The notes beneath the pieces were generated by a model. That model did not search any database. It saw only the letters and a program-made list of their open reading frames with translations, and was not told the DNA's origin. Made by a program: the position numbers and the translations under genes. This document shows positions 25,128-33,596 of a DNA stretch of 64,000 nt, piece by piece. Each line of letters opens with the position of its first letter. Position 1 is the stretch's first letter. Source of the DNA: Pseudomonadota bacterium (GTDB taxonomy: Bacteria > Pseudomonadota > Gammaproteobacteria > Steroidobacterales > Steroidobacteraceae); NCBI GenBank assembly GCA_025355245.1, contig JANXZZ010000043.1, positions 18,016 to 82,015 of the forward strand, in the 5' to 3' direction.

Positions 25128-26843
25128 TTATCTGGACGCGGCGGCTTCGCGCGCCTTGGCATCCACGACCATGCGCCGAACATCGGCAAGCAAGGACGGC
25201 GCGTCGTAGACGATCCCGTCATGGATCGTGTAGCGCACACCGCCCGTTCGCGTCACCTTTCGCGTCGCATCGTCGAGGTGCAGCGCCCCGGTGCCGTACA
25301 GAACCTTGAAGTTCGCGAGCGGATTCTCCGGCACGATCACGAGATCCGCGATCTTGCCCGCTTCCACGGAGCCAATCTTGTCGGCCATGCCCAGGAGCTC
25401 CGCGCCCGACAGCGTCGCCGAACGCACGACCTCGAGCGGATGGAAGCCGGCTTCCTGCAGGAGTTCGAGCTCGCGCACCCACCCGAAGCCGAACAACTTG
25501 TAGATGTATCCGGCGTCGTCCCCGACCGCGATGCGACCACCCGCATTCTTGTAGTCATTGATGAACGACATCCAGATCGCGTAGTTCCGCTTCCAGGCGA
25601 TCTCGTCGGCGGTCGTCCACCCGAACCAGTAGGCGCCGTGCGCCTCGCGGTTGGGCGCGTACCAGCGCATCAGCGTCGGCAAGGTGTACTCGTCGTGCCA
25701 CTCGGCGCGGCGCTCGCGCATCAGGTCGCGGCTGGCTTCATAGATCGTGAACGTAGGCACCATCGTGAAGTCGCGCGACACGAGCGTCTTGATCACGCTG
25801 TTCCAGCGCTCGCTGCCGCGCGGTGCCGCCTGTTCCCACAGGCGACCCGCCTCGCCGAAGCGATTCGACTCATCGTTGTAGTTGTAGTCGACCGGGAAAT
25901 TCTGCACGCGGCGATCGGTGAACAGTGCCTCCGGCAGTCCGTACCAGTGCTCCATGCTGGTGAGGCCCCACGAGGACGTGTCCATGACGTTCATTCGCGA
26001 CACGGCCAGTTGCGCGTGGTGACAGGCGCTGCGCAGGTTCTTAAGCTTGGCCTCGGCGAGCGCCGCCTGCATCACGTCAGGCGGCGAACCCAGGAACTTG
26101 ATGCCATCGGCGCCCGCCGCGGCAACCGCGTCAACCCACTTCCGCGCCTCATCGGGAGTCCGTACGCCCCCCGGCACCTCGACGCCGACTGGGAATCCCG
26201 CGTAGACCGCGATCCGCGGTGCCACGATTTCGTGAGCGGCGCTGCGGCGACGCTCGTTGAGCGTCCAGTGCAAGCCGTTGAACGCGCCGACCTCGCGCAC
26301 CGTGGTAATGCCGTGACCGAGCCAGAGCTTGTACACGTACTCCGCGGGGGGTACGTCGCCGACGATGCCCTGGTTCGCATCGGCAATGTGCGCATGCGCG
26401 TTGATGAAACCGGGCAGAACGTACATGCCCGTGGCGTCGATTTCGTAGTCGCCCTTATCAGGACGGCGTGACTCCTTGATGGGCACCTTGGGGTAGCCGA
26501 CGCTCGAGACGCGAGTGATGCGGTCCTGTTCGATGACGATGTCAACCGGGCCGAACGGGGGTGCGCCCGTGCCGTCAATCAGGGTCGCGCCGCGAATCAC
26601 GAGCCGCCTGAACGGGCCCTTGCCCTCGTCCGGGCCGCGGTTCGGCGCTGGCGCTGGCGCCTTCACTGCTCCCCCGGCTGACGCGGAGATGTATTCCTCT
26701 CCCGGCGCGGGGCGTGGCGCGTCCGCCGCCTGCGCGATCGCGAACGCGCCGAGCGCGAGCGCTGAGGCAAGCCAATGGCGGCGGGCGGCGGAAGGTCCGG
26801 GCTGAAGGCAGAGTCCGGCGAATTGTCGCATTGCGAACCTCAT
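25128..26843 (-). CDS. Amidohydrolase family protein, exported
   Basis: Distal part of ORF 25128..27038, ATG at 26843 (or 26831). Signal-like region HWLASALALGAFAIAQAADA. Metal motif GFINAHAHIAD. The C-terminal part GKIADLVIV is typical of amidohydrolases. Confidence 0.8.
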   Translation of the reverse strand: MRFAMRQFAGLCLQPGPSAARRHWLASALALGAFAIAQAADAPRPAPGEEYISASAGGAVKAPAPAPNRGPDEGKGPFRRLVIRGATLIDGTGAPPFGPVDIVIEQDRITRVSSVGYPKVPIKESRRPDKGDYEIDATGMYVLPGFINAHAHIADANQGIVGDVPPAEYVYKLWLGHGITTVREVGAFNGLHWTLNERRRSAAHEIVAPRIAVYAGFPVGVEVPGGVRTPDEARKWVDAVAAAGADGIKFLGSPPDVMQAALAEAKLKNLRSACHHAQLAVSRMNVMDTSSWGLTSMEHWYGLPEALFTDRRVQNFPVDYNYNDESNRFGEAGRLWEQAAPRGSERWNSVIKTLVSRDFTMVPTFTIYEASRDLMRERRAEWHDEYTLPTLMRWYAPNREAHGAYWFGWTTADEIAWKRNYAIWMSFINDYKNAGGRIAVGDDAGYIYKLFGFGWVRELELLQEAGFHPLEVVRSATLSGAELLGMADKIGSVEAGKIADLVIVPENPLANFKVLYGTGALHLDDATRKVTRTGGVRYTIHDGIVYDAPSLLADVRRMVVDAKAREAAASR

Positions 26844-27174
26844 GAGCCCAGACGCGGGGTCGCGCCGGAATTTGTTGCTCGAGGCGCTGCCAGCGTCGAC
26901 GCCGGTGCGTTCTATTATGGGTCTCTGCGTCATCCGGTTCCGCGGCGATCGGAGCGGCGGGAGACCGGGAGTGCTGCCGACGCATCCGAAAGGCGGCGCC
27001 GGTGTGCCTCGGACGCGTGCGGATGATTCTATGAGCATTGGCGGCGAAAGTGAACGTGCGCCGGGACGGTTCGCGGCGCAACGGCGCGCCCCAGGCCAGG
27101 CGGTCCCGCAGGGATCGGCCGATGGCCGGCGTCGGGGCGCCTACTCGTCGTCCGGGGTCGGACCGTCTTCACAC

Positions 27175-27184
27175 TTGTATACAA
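27175..27184. promoter_or_regulatory. Perfect 10-bp palindrome TTGTATACAA in a divergent intergenic region
   Basis: A self-complementary decamer in a locally AT-rich patch of the 453-nt spacer between the amidohydrolase (start 26843) and the HMG-CoA-lyase-like gene (start 27297). Confidence 0.3.
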
Positions 27185-27296
27185 TCGTCCCGCCGCAGGA
27201 GCGTGGCGTCGGGTTGCGCCCTTGGGCGAACGCCCGGGCCCGCGGCCGGCTATATCCGGCGTGCTGACGTGCCATCGATCGAGGAGGCCAACGGCT

Positions 27297-28205
27297 GTGA
27301 CGCGCATTGAAATCGTCGAGGTCGGCCCGCGCGACGGACTGCAGAACGAGGCGCGAACCCTCAGCGCCGCGACCAAGGTTGAGTTCATCCGTCGGGCCGT
27401 CGCTGCCGGTGTGCGGCGAATCGAAGTTGCGAGCTTTGTGAATCCGAAGAAAGTACCGCAGATGGCGGACGCCGAAGAAGTGCTGGCGGCGTTGCCGCGG
27501 CGCGACGACGTTGTGTACGTTGGGCTGGTACTTAATCGCCGCGGCTTCGAGCGGGCGCTCGCGGCGGGATGCCGCGAGATTGGCATGGTCGTTGCCGCCA
27601 GCGACAGCTTCAACCAGCGCAACCAGGGCGCTGCGACCGAGGAATCGATCGCGGCCTGGCTCGACATTGCAGAAGCTGCCCATGCAGCCAACGTCCGCGC
27701 CCAGATCACGATATCGACGTCCTTCGGGTGTCCATTCGAAGGCGAGGTGCCGCCGGAGCGCGTCATTGCCATCGCCCGTCGAGTGGCGGCCGGCCGGCCG
27801 CTCGAGATTGCGCTTGCCGACACCATCGGTGTCGCCGTTCCCACGCAGGTCCGCGATCTGGTCGCGAGAGTCCGCGCGGCGCTGCCCGGGACGACGCTGC
27901 GTTGCCACTTTCACAACACTCGAAACACCGGCATCGCCAACGCCTACGCGGCCGTGGAGGCCGGCGTCAGGGTCCTCGACGCGAGCATCGGCGGCATTGG
28001 CGGCTGCCCGTTCGCGCCGGCGGCCACGGGCAACATTCCGACGGAAGACCTGATCTACATGCTCGAACGCATGGGGATTGAAACGGGGATCGACCTCGAG
28101 TCCCTGATCGGCACCGGACGCTGGGTCGAGTCGCAGCTTGAGCGCGTCGTGCCTGGCATGCTGATCAAAGCCGGCGGATTTCCCGGGCGCGGGTCCGCCG
28201 CCTAG
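27297..28205 (+). CDS. Hydroxymethylglutaryl-CoA lyase-like (HMGL family) enzyme
   Basis: Part of ORF 27222..28205. GTG at 27297 lies 9 nt after GAGGAGG. VTRIEIVEVGPRDGLQNE...RIEVASFVNPKKVPQMAD...CHFHNTRNTG. Confidence 0.85.
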   Translation: MTRIEIVEVGPRDGLQNEARTLSAATKVEFIRRAVAAGVRRIEVASFVNPKKVPQMADAEEVLAALPRRDDVVYVGLVLNRRGFERALAAGCREIGMVVAASDSFNQRNQGAATEESIAAWLDIAEAAHAANVRAQITISTSFGCPFEGEVPPERVIAIARRVAAGRPLEIALADTIGVAVPTQVRDLVARVRAALPGTTLRCHFHNTRNTGIANAYAAVEAGVRVLDASIGGIGGCPFAPAATGNIPTEDLIYMLERMGIETGIDLESLIGTGRWVESQLERVVPGMLIKAGGFPGRGSAA

Positions 28206-28273
28206 GTTCCGGACTTTTCTCACAGGATTGATCGCCAGCCCCGTCGTGGTAAACGGCGGGGCCCGCCGCCGCG

Positions 28274-28483
28274 CTACCAGTGCGAACTGTAGTTATGTCC
28301 GCAGTTCGAACAAAGATCCGCCTGCCCGCCGTACTCGGGGCAATTGCAGCCGCTCACGCCACAGCGACCGTAGCCCGCGCGAAGCGGCGCCGCGGGTGGC
28401 GCATCCTCGGTCGGGAACAGCACGGCAATCCGGTCGACGGACGGCGGAAGTTGCGAGCCGGGTTCAGGATTGAAGGTCGTCAT
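28274..28483 (-). CDS. Small Cys/His-rich protein (69 aa), putative zinc-binding, unknown family
   Basis: ATG at 28483 is preceded by AAGGGGAAAGAG. MTTFNPEPGS...GRCGVSGCNCPEYGGQADLCSNCGHNYSSHW, with the pattern C-x4-C-x-C-x9-C-x2-C-x-H-x4-H. Third-position G/C bias fits a coding sequence. The upstream part of ORF 28274..29146 is Arg-rich noise. Confidence 0.55.
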   Translation of the reverse strand: MTTFNPEPGSQLPPSVDRIAVLFPTEDAPPAAPLRAGYGRCGVSGCNCPEYGGQADLCSNCGHNYSSHW

Positions 28484-28738
28484 CTCTTTCCCCTTTTCGT
28501 TTGGCAAGCGCGAGACTTCATTCGCCCATCGCCGCAGGCCGGGTCCCTGGGCGGTGGCTGGAGCGATTCTGGAAAGCTTCGCACGAACGCGGGCCCGCTG
28601 GAAGTTGGTCGGCGCCAGCGGCATCGCGGCGCCTCGCGCGGACGGCGGGAATCGCCTCCGGAAATGGTAGCGCCTATTGTCCGGCCGTGGGGGCGTTCCG
28701 AACGCCGCCGCGCCGCGCGCGAAGACTGAGGAAGCGCC

Positions 28739-29185
28739 ATGGCGTCGATACCGGTGCTGCCGATTCTCTGTCTTGCAGCGAGCGCCTTGTGCGCCGTCGC
28801 GGCTGCACAGGCGCCCACCGCCGGGTCGGGTGCGGCATCGGCGGGCAAGATCGCGCCGAGTCCGTTCGTTGGCGCGTGGGCGCACACCGAGCCGGCAACC
28901 CGGAACTCGTCCGCGATGGTTGCGTTCCTCGCGATCATGCCGGACGGCACGTGGAGCGAGAAGCTCGAGATCGCAGCGCGTGGCAAACTCGTGCCGACCG
29001 TCGCGATCGCCGAGGGGCGCTGCTCGATCGCCGGCGCCGATTCCATCATCTGCGCGAGTCTGCACGCGGCCCGCAGCCGTGACGGCACGTCGTGGACGCC
29101 AACGAAACCACAGCCGCCGACCTTCGTCCAGCTGCGCGGCAAGCAACTCATTTCAGGCGGGTGGCTGTTTCACCGCTCGCAGTAA
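28739..29185 (+). CDS. Hypothetical exported protein
   Basis: ORF 28739..29185. GAGGAAG upstream, signal peptide MASIPVLPILCLAASALCAVAAAQA, and strong G/C at third codon positions, unlike the competing overlapping ORFs. Confidence 0.55.
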   Translation: MASIPVLPILCLAASALCAVAAAQAPTAGSGAASAGKIAPSPFVGAWAHTEPATRNSSAMVAFLAIMPDGTWSEKLEIAARGKLVPTVAIAEGRCSIAGADSIICASLHAARSRDGTSWTPTKPQPPTFVQLRGKQLISGGWLFHRSQ

Positions 29186-29243
29186 GGCGGGTCGCCGGAC
29201 GGATCGGCCTCGCGACCGTTCGATTCGCCGCTTTATGCGTCGC

Positions 29244-29921
29244 TCACGCGGCCTGCGGGTTCGGCGACGGCGAGGGGCGTGGCGGCAGGGGAATCGTCCC
29301 CTCGTAGCGGTGAATCAGTAGCGCCGTCAGCAGCACACCGGCGCCGAGCGCGACCGTCACGACCGCGACGGCGGCCATCACGCCCAGCACGGTCGCCTTG
29401 CCCTTGGCATCCCCACGACCCGTTGCTACCGAGGAGAACATCTTGCCCACGGACCGGAATGCGGGCCCGAGGCTGTTGACCGCGCCCATGGTGTTATGGA
29501 CTTGGGCCATCGTGTTGTAGGCGGCGACGCCCAGGTTCGCGAGACTGTGCTTGCGGTACGCGGCGGTCCACGACTCGATCGTGATGAGGATTCCCGTCCC
29601 GAGGGCCGGAAAAATGATCGTCAGGTACCAAAGGCTGAGCGCGCCTTCGAGGTAAGCGTCGGTGAGGTACTGCGGGTAGAGGGCGTGCGCCGCGAACATC
29701 AACGGGAACAGGAACACCGAACTGAAACCGATCGCGCTCTGGATCGCGCCGCACCAGACCATGACGCGAATCATTCCGCCGGCCGCCTTGGCCTCCACCC
29801 ACGCACGGCCGCAGGTCCTCGCGTTCCACCACGAGATTGCGAAGTTGAGCGCCAGGATCAGGTAGATCCAGATCGACACGGATCCGTTCACGAATGCCAA
29901 CTCCCAGTCCCGAGTTTCCAC
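29244..29921 (-). CDS. Hypothetical integral membrane protein
   Basis: ORF 29244..29921. Several hydrophobic helices (SIWIYLILALNFAISWW, VMVWCGAIQSAIGFSSVFLFPLMF, LWYLTIIFPALGTGILITI, VLGVMAAVAVVTVALGAGVLLTALL) and a Pro-rich tail. No family recognised. Confidence 0.6.
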   Translation of the reverse strand: METRDWELAFVNGSVSIWIYLILALNFAISWWNARTCGRAWVEAKAAGGMIRVMVWCGAIQSAIGFSSVFLFPLMFAAHALYPQYLTDAYLEGALSLWYLTIIFPALGTGILITIESWTAAYRKHSLANLGVAAYNTMAQVHNTMGAVNSLGPAFRSVGKMFSSVATGRGDAKGKATVLGVMAAVAVVTVALGAGVLLTALLIHRYEGTIPLPPRPSPSPNPQAA

Positions 29922-30050
29922 AGCGTTGCGTGGCGAAGCGCCATAGGCCGGCAGCCCCGCCGCGAAAGCTTCTCACACTCGGCGAACGATGTCAGAAGAG
30001 AGCCCGCGCGCGGACGTTCCCGCCGCGGAGGGCCGACACCCGCACCGTCG

Positions 30051-31520
30051 CTAGGCTGCGGGCCGGGGCGCCGGAAACGCGAAGCGGATGCGCGTGCCGT
30101 TCGCGTCGCTAGTGACGGTGAGGCTACCGCCGATGATATTGGCGCGGTAGTGCATCAGGCGCAGGCCCATGCCTGAAGACAATGAAAGCTGCGCGGTGTC
30201 GAAGCCGTTGCCGTCGTCCTCGATCTCGAGCAGGAAGGCCGGCGAGCCCCGCAGACGGACATCGATTCGGTCGGCGCGGCCGTGGCGCGCCGCGTTGCCG
30301 ATGGCTTCCTGGGCCATTCGGTAGAGATGAACCGCAACGAACGGGTCCACCGGCAGGTCGCCCGCCAGCGGGCCATCGAAGCGCACGGGCACCCCGAACA
30401 TCTCGGCGCTGCGCGCTGCGAGCGTCGCGAGGGCAGCGGCCAGCCCCGCCGCCTCGAGATCGACCGGAGCGCGCCCTTTCGCCAGCCGCCGGGCCGTTTC
30501 CATCGCGTGGCGCAACAATTCCTGGGCGCGCAGCAGGTTCGTGCGCGCGTGGGGCGCGACGGTGCCCAAGCTGCGTTCGACGACCGCGAGCAGCAGGCTG
30601 AGGCCGGTCAGTTCCTGACCCAAGCCGTCGTGCAGATCGCTGCCGATCCGGCGTAGTTCGCGCTCGCTCGCATCCAGCACCGCGCGCTCGAGCCTGATCC
30701 GTTCCGTGACGTCGCGGGCAACTGCAACGAGGCTGCAAAGCGCACCGCTGTCGAGGTCCCGAAGCAGCGTCTTCGAAACGTTGAGGTACGTCTCGGCGCC
30801 GTCTGCGTCGATCACGCGGCGTTCCTGGTTGTGCATTTCGCGTGCGGTCGCCATGAGCGCGCGGTTCTCGGCCGTCTCTGCCGCCAAGTCGATGTCGCGG
30901 GACCCGAATTCGGTCAGAAGCACGTTTTCGAGTGATGCGGCTGACTCGCCCCGCAGCAGCTCGGCTGCGCGGCCGCTGTGGGCGATTACGCGGTTGTCGA
31001 GGTCGACGGCATAGACGTAGTCGGGCAGGGCTGCGAGCACGCAGGCGAGCAGTCGTCGATGATGCGCAAGGGCGCGCGCCTCCGATTCTTCGTGTCGGCG
31101 CAAATCGGCCTCGCGCAGCGCCCGTGTAACGGCGGGAATCAGTCGCGCCAGTCGATCCTTGAGGACGTAATCGGTCGCGCCCTGTCGCAGCGAATCGATC
31201 GCGTTCTCCTCGCCGATCGTGCCGGAGACGAAAATAAACGGAACGGTCGCGCCGTTCTGCCGAGCGATCGATAGCGCGGTCGGTCCGCCGAAGCCCGGCA
31301 CTGTGTAGTCGCAGAGCACGAGATCGGGGTGGTCGAGTTCAAGCGCTTCCCGAAACGCGACCTCGCAGGTGACCCGACGGTAGGTGATGGCCGGTCGCCA
31401 GCGCCGCAGCGCCCGCTCGATGACAACCGCGTCGTCAAGGGAATCTTCACAATGGAGCACGCGCAGCGACGTGCTCGTGGAAAGAGCGCCGACCGGCGCA
31501 TCGGTCGTTTCTAGCTCCAA
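30051..31520 (-). CDS. Hybrid sensor: N-terminal receiver (REC) - PAS - HisKA_3 histidine kinase
   Basis: ORF 30051..31520. REC block LRVLHCEDSLDDAVVI...DLVLCDYTVPGFGG...PFIFVSG. H-box SDLHDGLGQELTG. ATPase block IEDDGNGFD...SGMGLRLMHYRA. Confidence 0.85.
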   Translation of the reverse strand: MELETTDAPVGALSTSTSLRVLHCEDSLDDAVVIERALRRWRPAITYRRVTCEVAFREALELDHPDLVLCDYTVPGFGGPTALSIARQNGATVPFIFVSGTIGEENAIDSLRQGATDYVLKDRLARLIPAVTRALREADLRRHEESEARALAHHRRLLACVLAALPDYVYAVDLDNRVIAHSGRAAELLRGESAASLENVLLTEFGSRDIDLAAETAENRALMATAREMHNQERRVIDADGAETYLNVSKTLLRDLDSGALCSLVAVARDVTERIRLERAVLDASERELRRIGSDLHDGLGQELTGLSLLLAVVERSLGTVAPHARTNLLRAQELLRHAMETARRLAKGRAPVDLEAAGLAAALATLAARSAEMFGVPVRFDGPLAGDLPVDPFVAVHLYRMAQEAIGNAARHGRADRIDVRLRGSPAFLLEIEDDGNGFDTAQLSLSSGMGLRLMHYRANIIGGSLTVTSDANGTRIRFAFPAPRPAA

Positions 31521-31838
31521 AACAGCCCTCCGGGCCTAGTCCCTGGCCGCCTGCCGATTGTGCGCGCTTTGCGTTTTCTCGCCAACACCGGCGGCGCGTG
31601 CGTTCGCGAAGGCACGTCGGGAAAAAAATCTCGGTAACAGTGGCGGGCGAGGGTGAACGGGTGACGTAAGAGGGCGGGGGCGTCACGTTCCCGTCGAGCT
31701 TCAGGAATTTCGTCTACGTGTCAGCGACGACCTACAGGCTATTGCGACGCAGCAGGAGATTCAAGCGATGGGCGATGCGTCGCCTCGCTCGCGGCGCCGC
31801 GCGCAACGGTCAAGCGCGATGGAATTACCGATCGACCG

Positions 31839-32669
31839 TCAAGTCTTGAATAAATCGTTGAGTTCCTGCCCCGACGCCGCGTCCGCGAATCCCGTGAACA
31901 CGCCCTTCTCGGCAAGTGATTGCGCGGCGCGCATGAACCCGCCCCACGCCGAGCGGGCGAGCGCGCCACCGACACTGACACGCCGTACGCCGAGCGCCGC
32001 GACGTCGTGCATCGTGAATTCGCTGGCCCAGCTGAGGAGCAGATTGACGGGCTTTGGAGCGACCGCCGCGACCACCGCCGCGATCTGCTCGCGGGTGCGG
32101 ATGCCAGGTGCGTACAGGCAATCGGCCCCAGCGGACGCATAGGCCCGCAGCCGCGCGATCGTCTCCTCGAGATCGGGTCGTCCGACCAGGAAGCACTCCG
32201 CCCGCCCGACCAGGAGCGCGTCGCCCCCGGAGTCATCGATCGCCTTGCGCGCCGCGCGCAACCTCTCGACGGAGTCGGTCAGGTCGTAGAGCGGCTGCTT
32301 CGGATTGCCGGTCGAATCCTCGATCGACAGACCCGCGATGCCCGTTGCGACGGCGAGCCGGACGCTTTCCGCGACGCCCGCAGCGCGCGGCGCGTAACCG
32401 CTTTCGAAGTCCGCATTGACGGGAAGGTCGGTGGCATTCACGAGCTCGGTCAAGTGCTCGAGCACCTCGTCGCGGGACATCCCGCCGTCGTGACGGGCCT
32501 GCGACCACGCAAATCCGGAACTCGTGGTCGCGAGCGCCTTGAAGCCGAGGCGCTGCAGGTAACGTGCGCTGCCCGCATCCCAGGGATTGGGGATCGCGAA
32601 GCAGCCGGCCTCGTGGAGGCGGTGGAAGTTGCGGCGCTTGTCGGCGGTACTGATGCGTGTGTCGGCCAT
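31839..32669 (-). CDS. Isocitrate lyase / PEP mutase family protein (2-methylisocitrate lyase / carboxyvinyl-carboxyphosphonate phosphorylmutase-like)
   Basis: Distal part of ORF 31839..32714, ATG at 32669. FHRLHEAGCFAIPNPWDAGSARYLQRLGFKALATTSSGFA and GLSIEDSTG. Confidence 0.85.
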   Translation of the reverse strand: MADTRISTADKRRNFHRLHEAGCFAIPNPWDAGSARYLQRLGFKALATTSSGFAWSQARHDGGMSRDEVLEHLTELVNATDLPVNADFESGYAPRAAGVAESVRLAVATGIAGLSIEDSTGNPKQPLYDLTDSVERLRAARKAIDDSGGDALLVGRAECFLVGRPDLEETIARLRAYASAGADCLYAPGIRTREQIAAVVAAVAPKPVNLLLSWASEFTMHDVAALGVRRVSVGGALARSAWGGFMRAAQSLAEKGVFTGFADAASGQELNDLFKT

Positions 32670-32780
32670 CGCGGAGGTCCTCGTGACGGAGACTGATCGG
32701 AGCCCTGCGCGCACGGCTCGTGAAGGGGATCGGTGAGCGACTCTACCGCGGCGCTGCGCCGATCGCTTGCGGTGCTTCGA

Positions 32781-33167
32781 TCAACGTGGTTTGGCACGGG
32801 AGGCGGTGCGCGGCCGGCCGTGCGGCGGCGCCGTCGCTCCCGTTGCGAGCGCGAGCAGCGCTCGCGGCGCTTTTCGCGTCCAGGCTTGCCTCAGCAGGGT
32901 CTGAACGGCGGCCGGGGCGGCGCGTCGAAGCTCGACCCGCAGGCCTTGCACCCTGCTACCCCACCAGAGCTTGGACACAGCCTCCGGGTCGAGCCTTAGC
33001 GCTTGCTCGCGCTCGGCTTCGGCGATGAAGACGTGCAGCCATTCGCCGTCGGGCGGCGCGGTCGCGAATATCTTGCCCCCGACCCGAAACGACGTGTACG
33101 CAAAATGTGGCGACTCCATGACTTCTGGCAGTGCCATCGCGAGCCGCCGGACTTGCGCTAGCTGCAT
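32781..33167 (-). CDS. MmcQ/YjbR family protein
   Basis: Distal part of ORF 32781..33335, ATG at 33167. MQLAQVRRLAMALPEVMESPHFAYTSFRVGGKIFATAPPDGEWLHVFI. Confidence 0.65.
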   Translation of the reverse strand: MQLAQVRRLAMALPEVMESPHFAYTSFRVGGKIFATAPPDGEWLHVFIAEAEREQALRLDPEAVSKLWWGSRVQGLRVELRRAAPAAVQTLLRQAWTRKAPRALLALATGATAPPHGRPRTASRAKPR

Positions 33168-33324
33168 GCGCCAATTGTGCCGGTCCGCGTACCGCGTTGT
33201 CGATGTGAGCCGGCGGCCGGCGGCTGCTGGCGGGCGCGCGGAGCTGGATACTGCGGCGATGGTGGCGAAGCCGGGCATGGCGACACGACGAGGGGCTCTC
33301 GCGGGTGTGCTCGGAAAGGGCGTG

Positions 33325-33563
33325 ATGCGGCGCACGGTGACTCAAGGATGGGTGACGGCGGATCGACTCGAGCGGAACAAGCGGGCCGCGATGGCTTTCT
33401 ACGAGCTGATTTTTAATCATTACAGGTCGGCCGAGGCGGTCGCGAAGTTCGCTGGCGCGACGTACACGCAGCACAATCCAGGCATCGCGTCCGCAAGCTC
33501 GTTGAAAACTGGGACGTGCTGCAAATCGTCCCTGAGAAGGCGGCGAACACGAACGGCATGTTC
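33325..33563 (+). pseudogene. SnoaL-like (NTF2-fold) gene with internal deletion and frameshift
   Basis: One frame carries the N-terminal part (..RLERNKRAAMAFYELIFNHYRSAEAVAKFAGATYTQHNPGIAS). From about 33495 a different frame carries the typical C-terminus KLVENWDVLQIVPEKAANTNGMF. The central ~60 residues of the fold are missing and no stop follows MF. Confidence 0.6.
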
Positions 33564-33596
33564 CAGCAGAGCGCGCTCGCGACGCTCGGCGACCGC

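Noticed and set aside
27141-27275. 44-codon minus-strand ORF ending ...SCGGTIVYKCEDGPTPDDE, as a possible mini zinc-ribbon protein.
   Set aside because: It has only two Cys and no SD-like sequence upstream of its ATG (the GAGGAGG there is on the opposite strand and serves the HMGL-like gene). It overlaps the likely promoter region.
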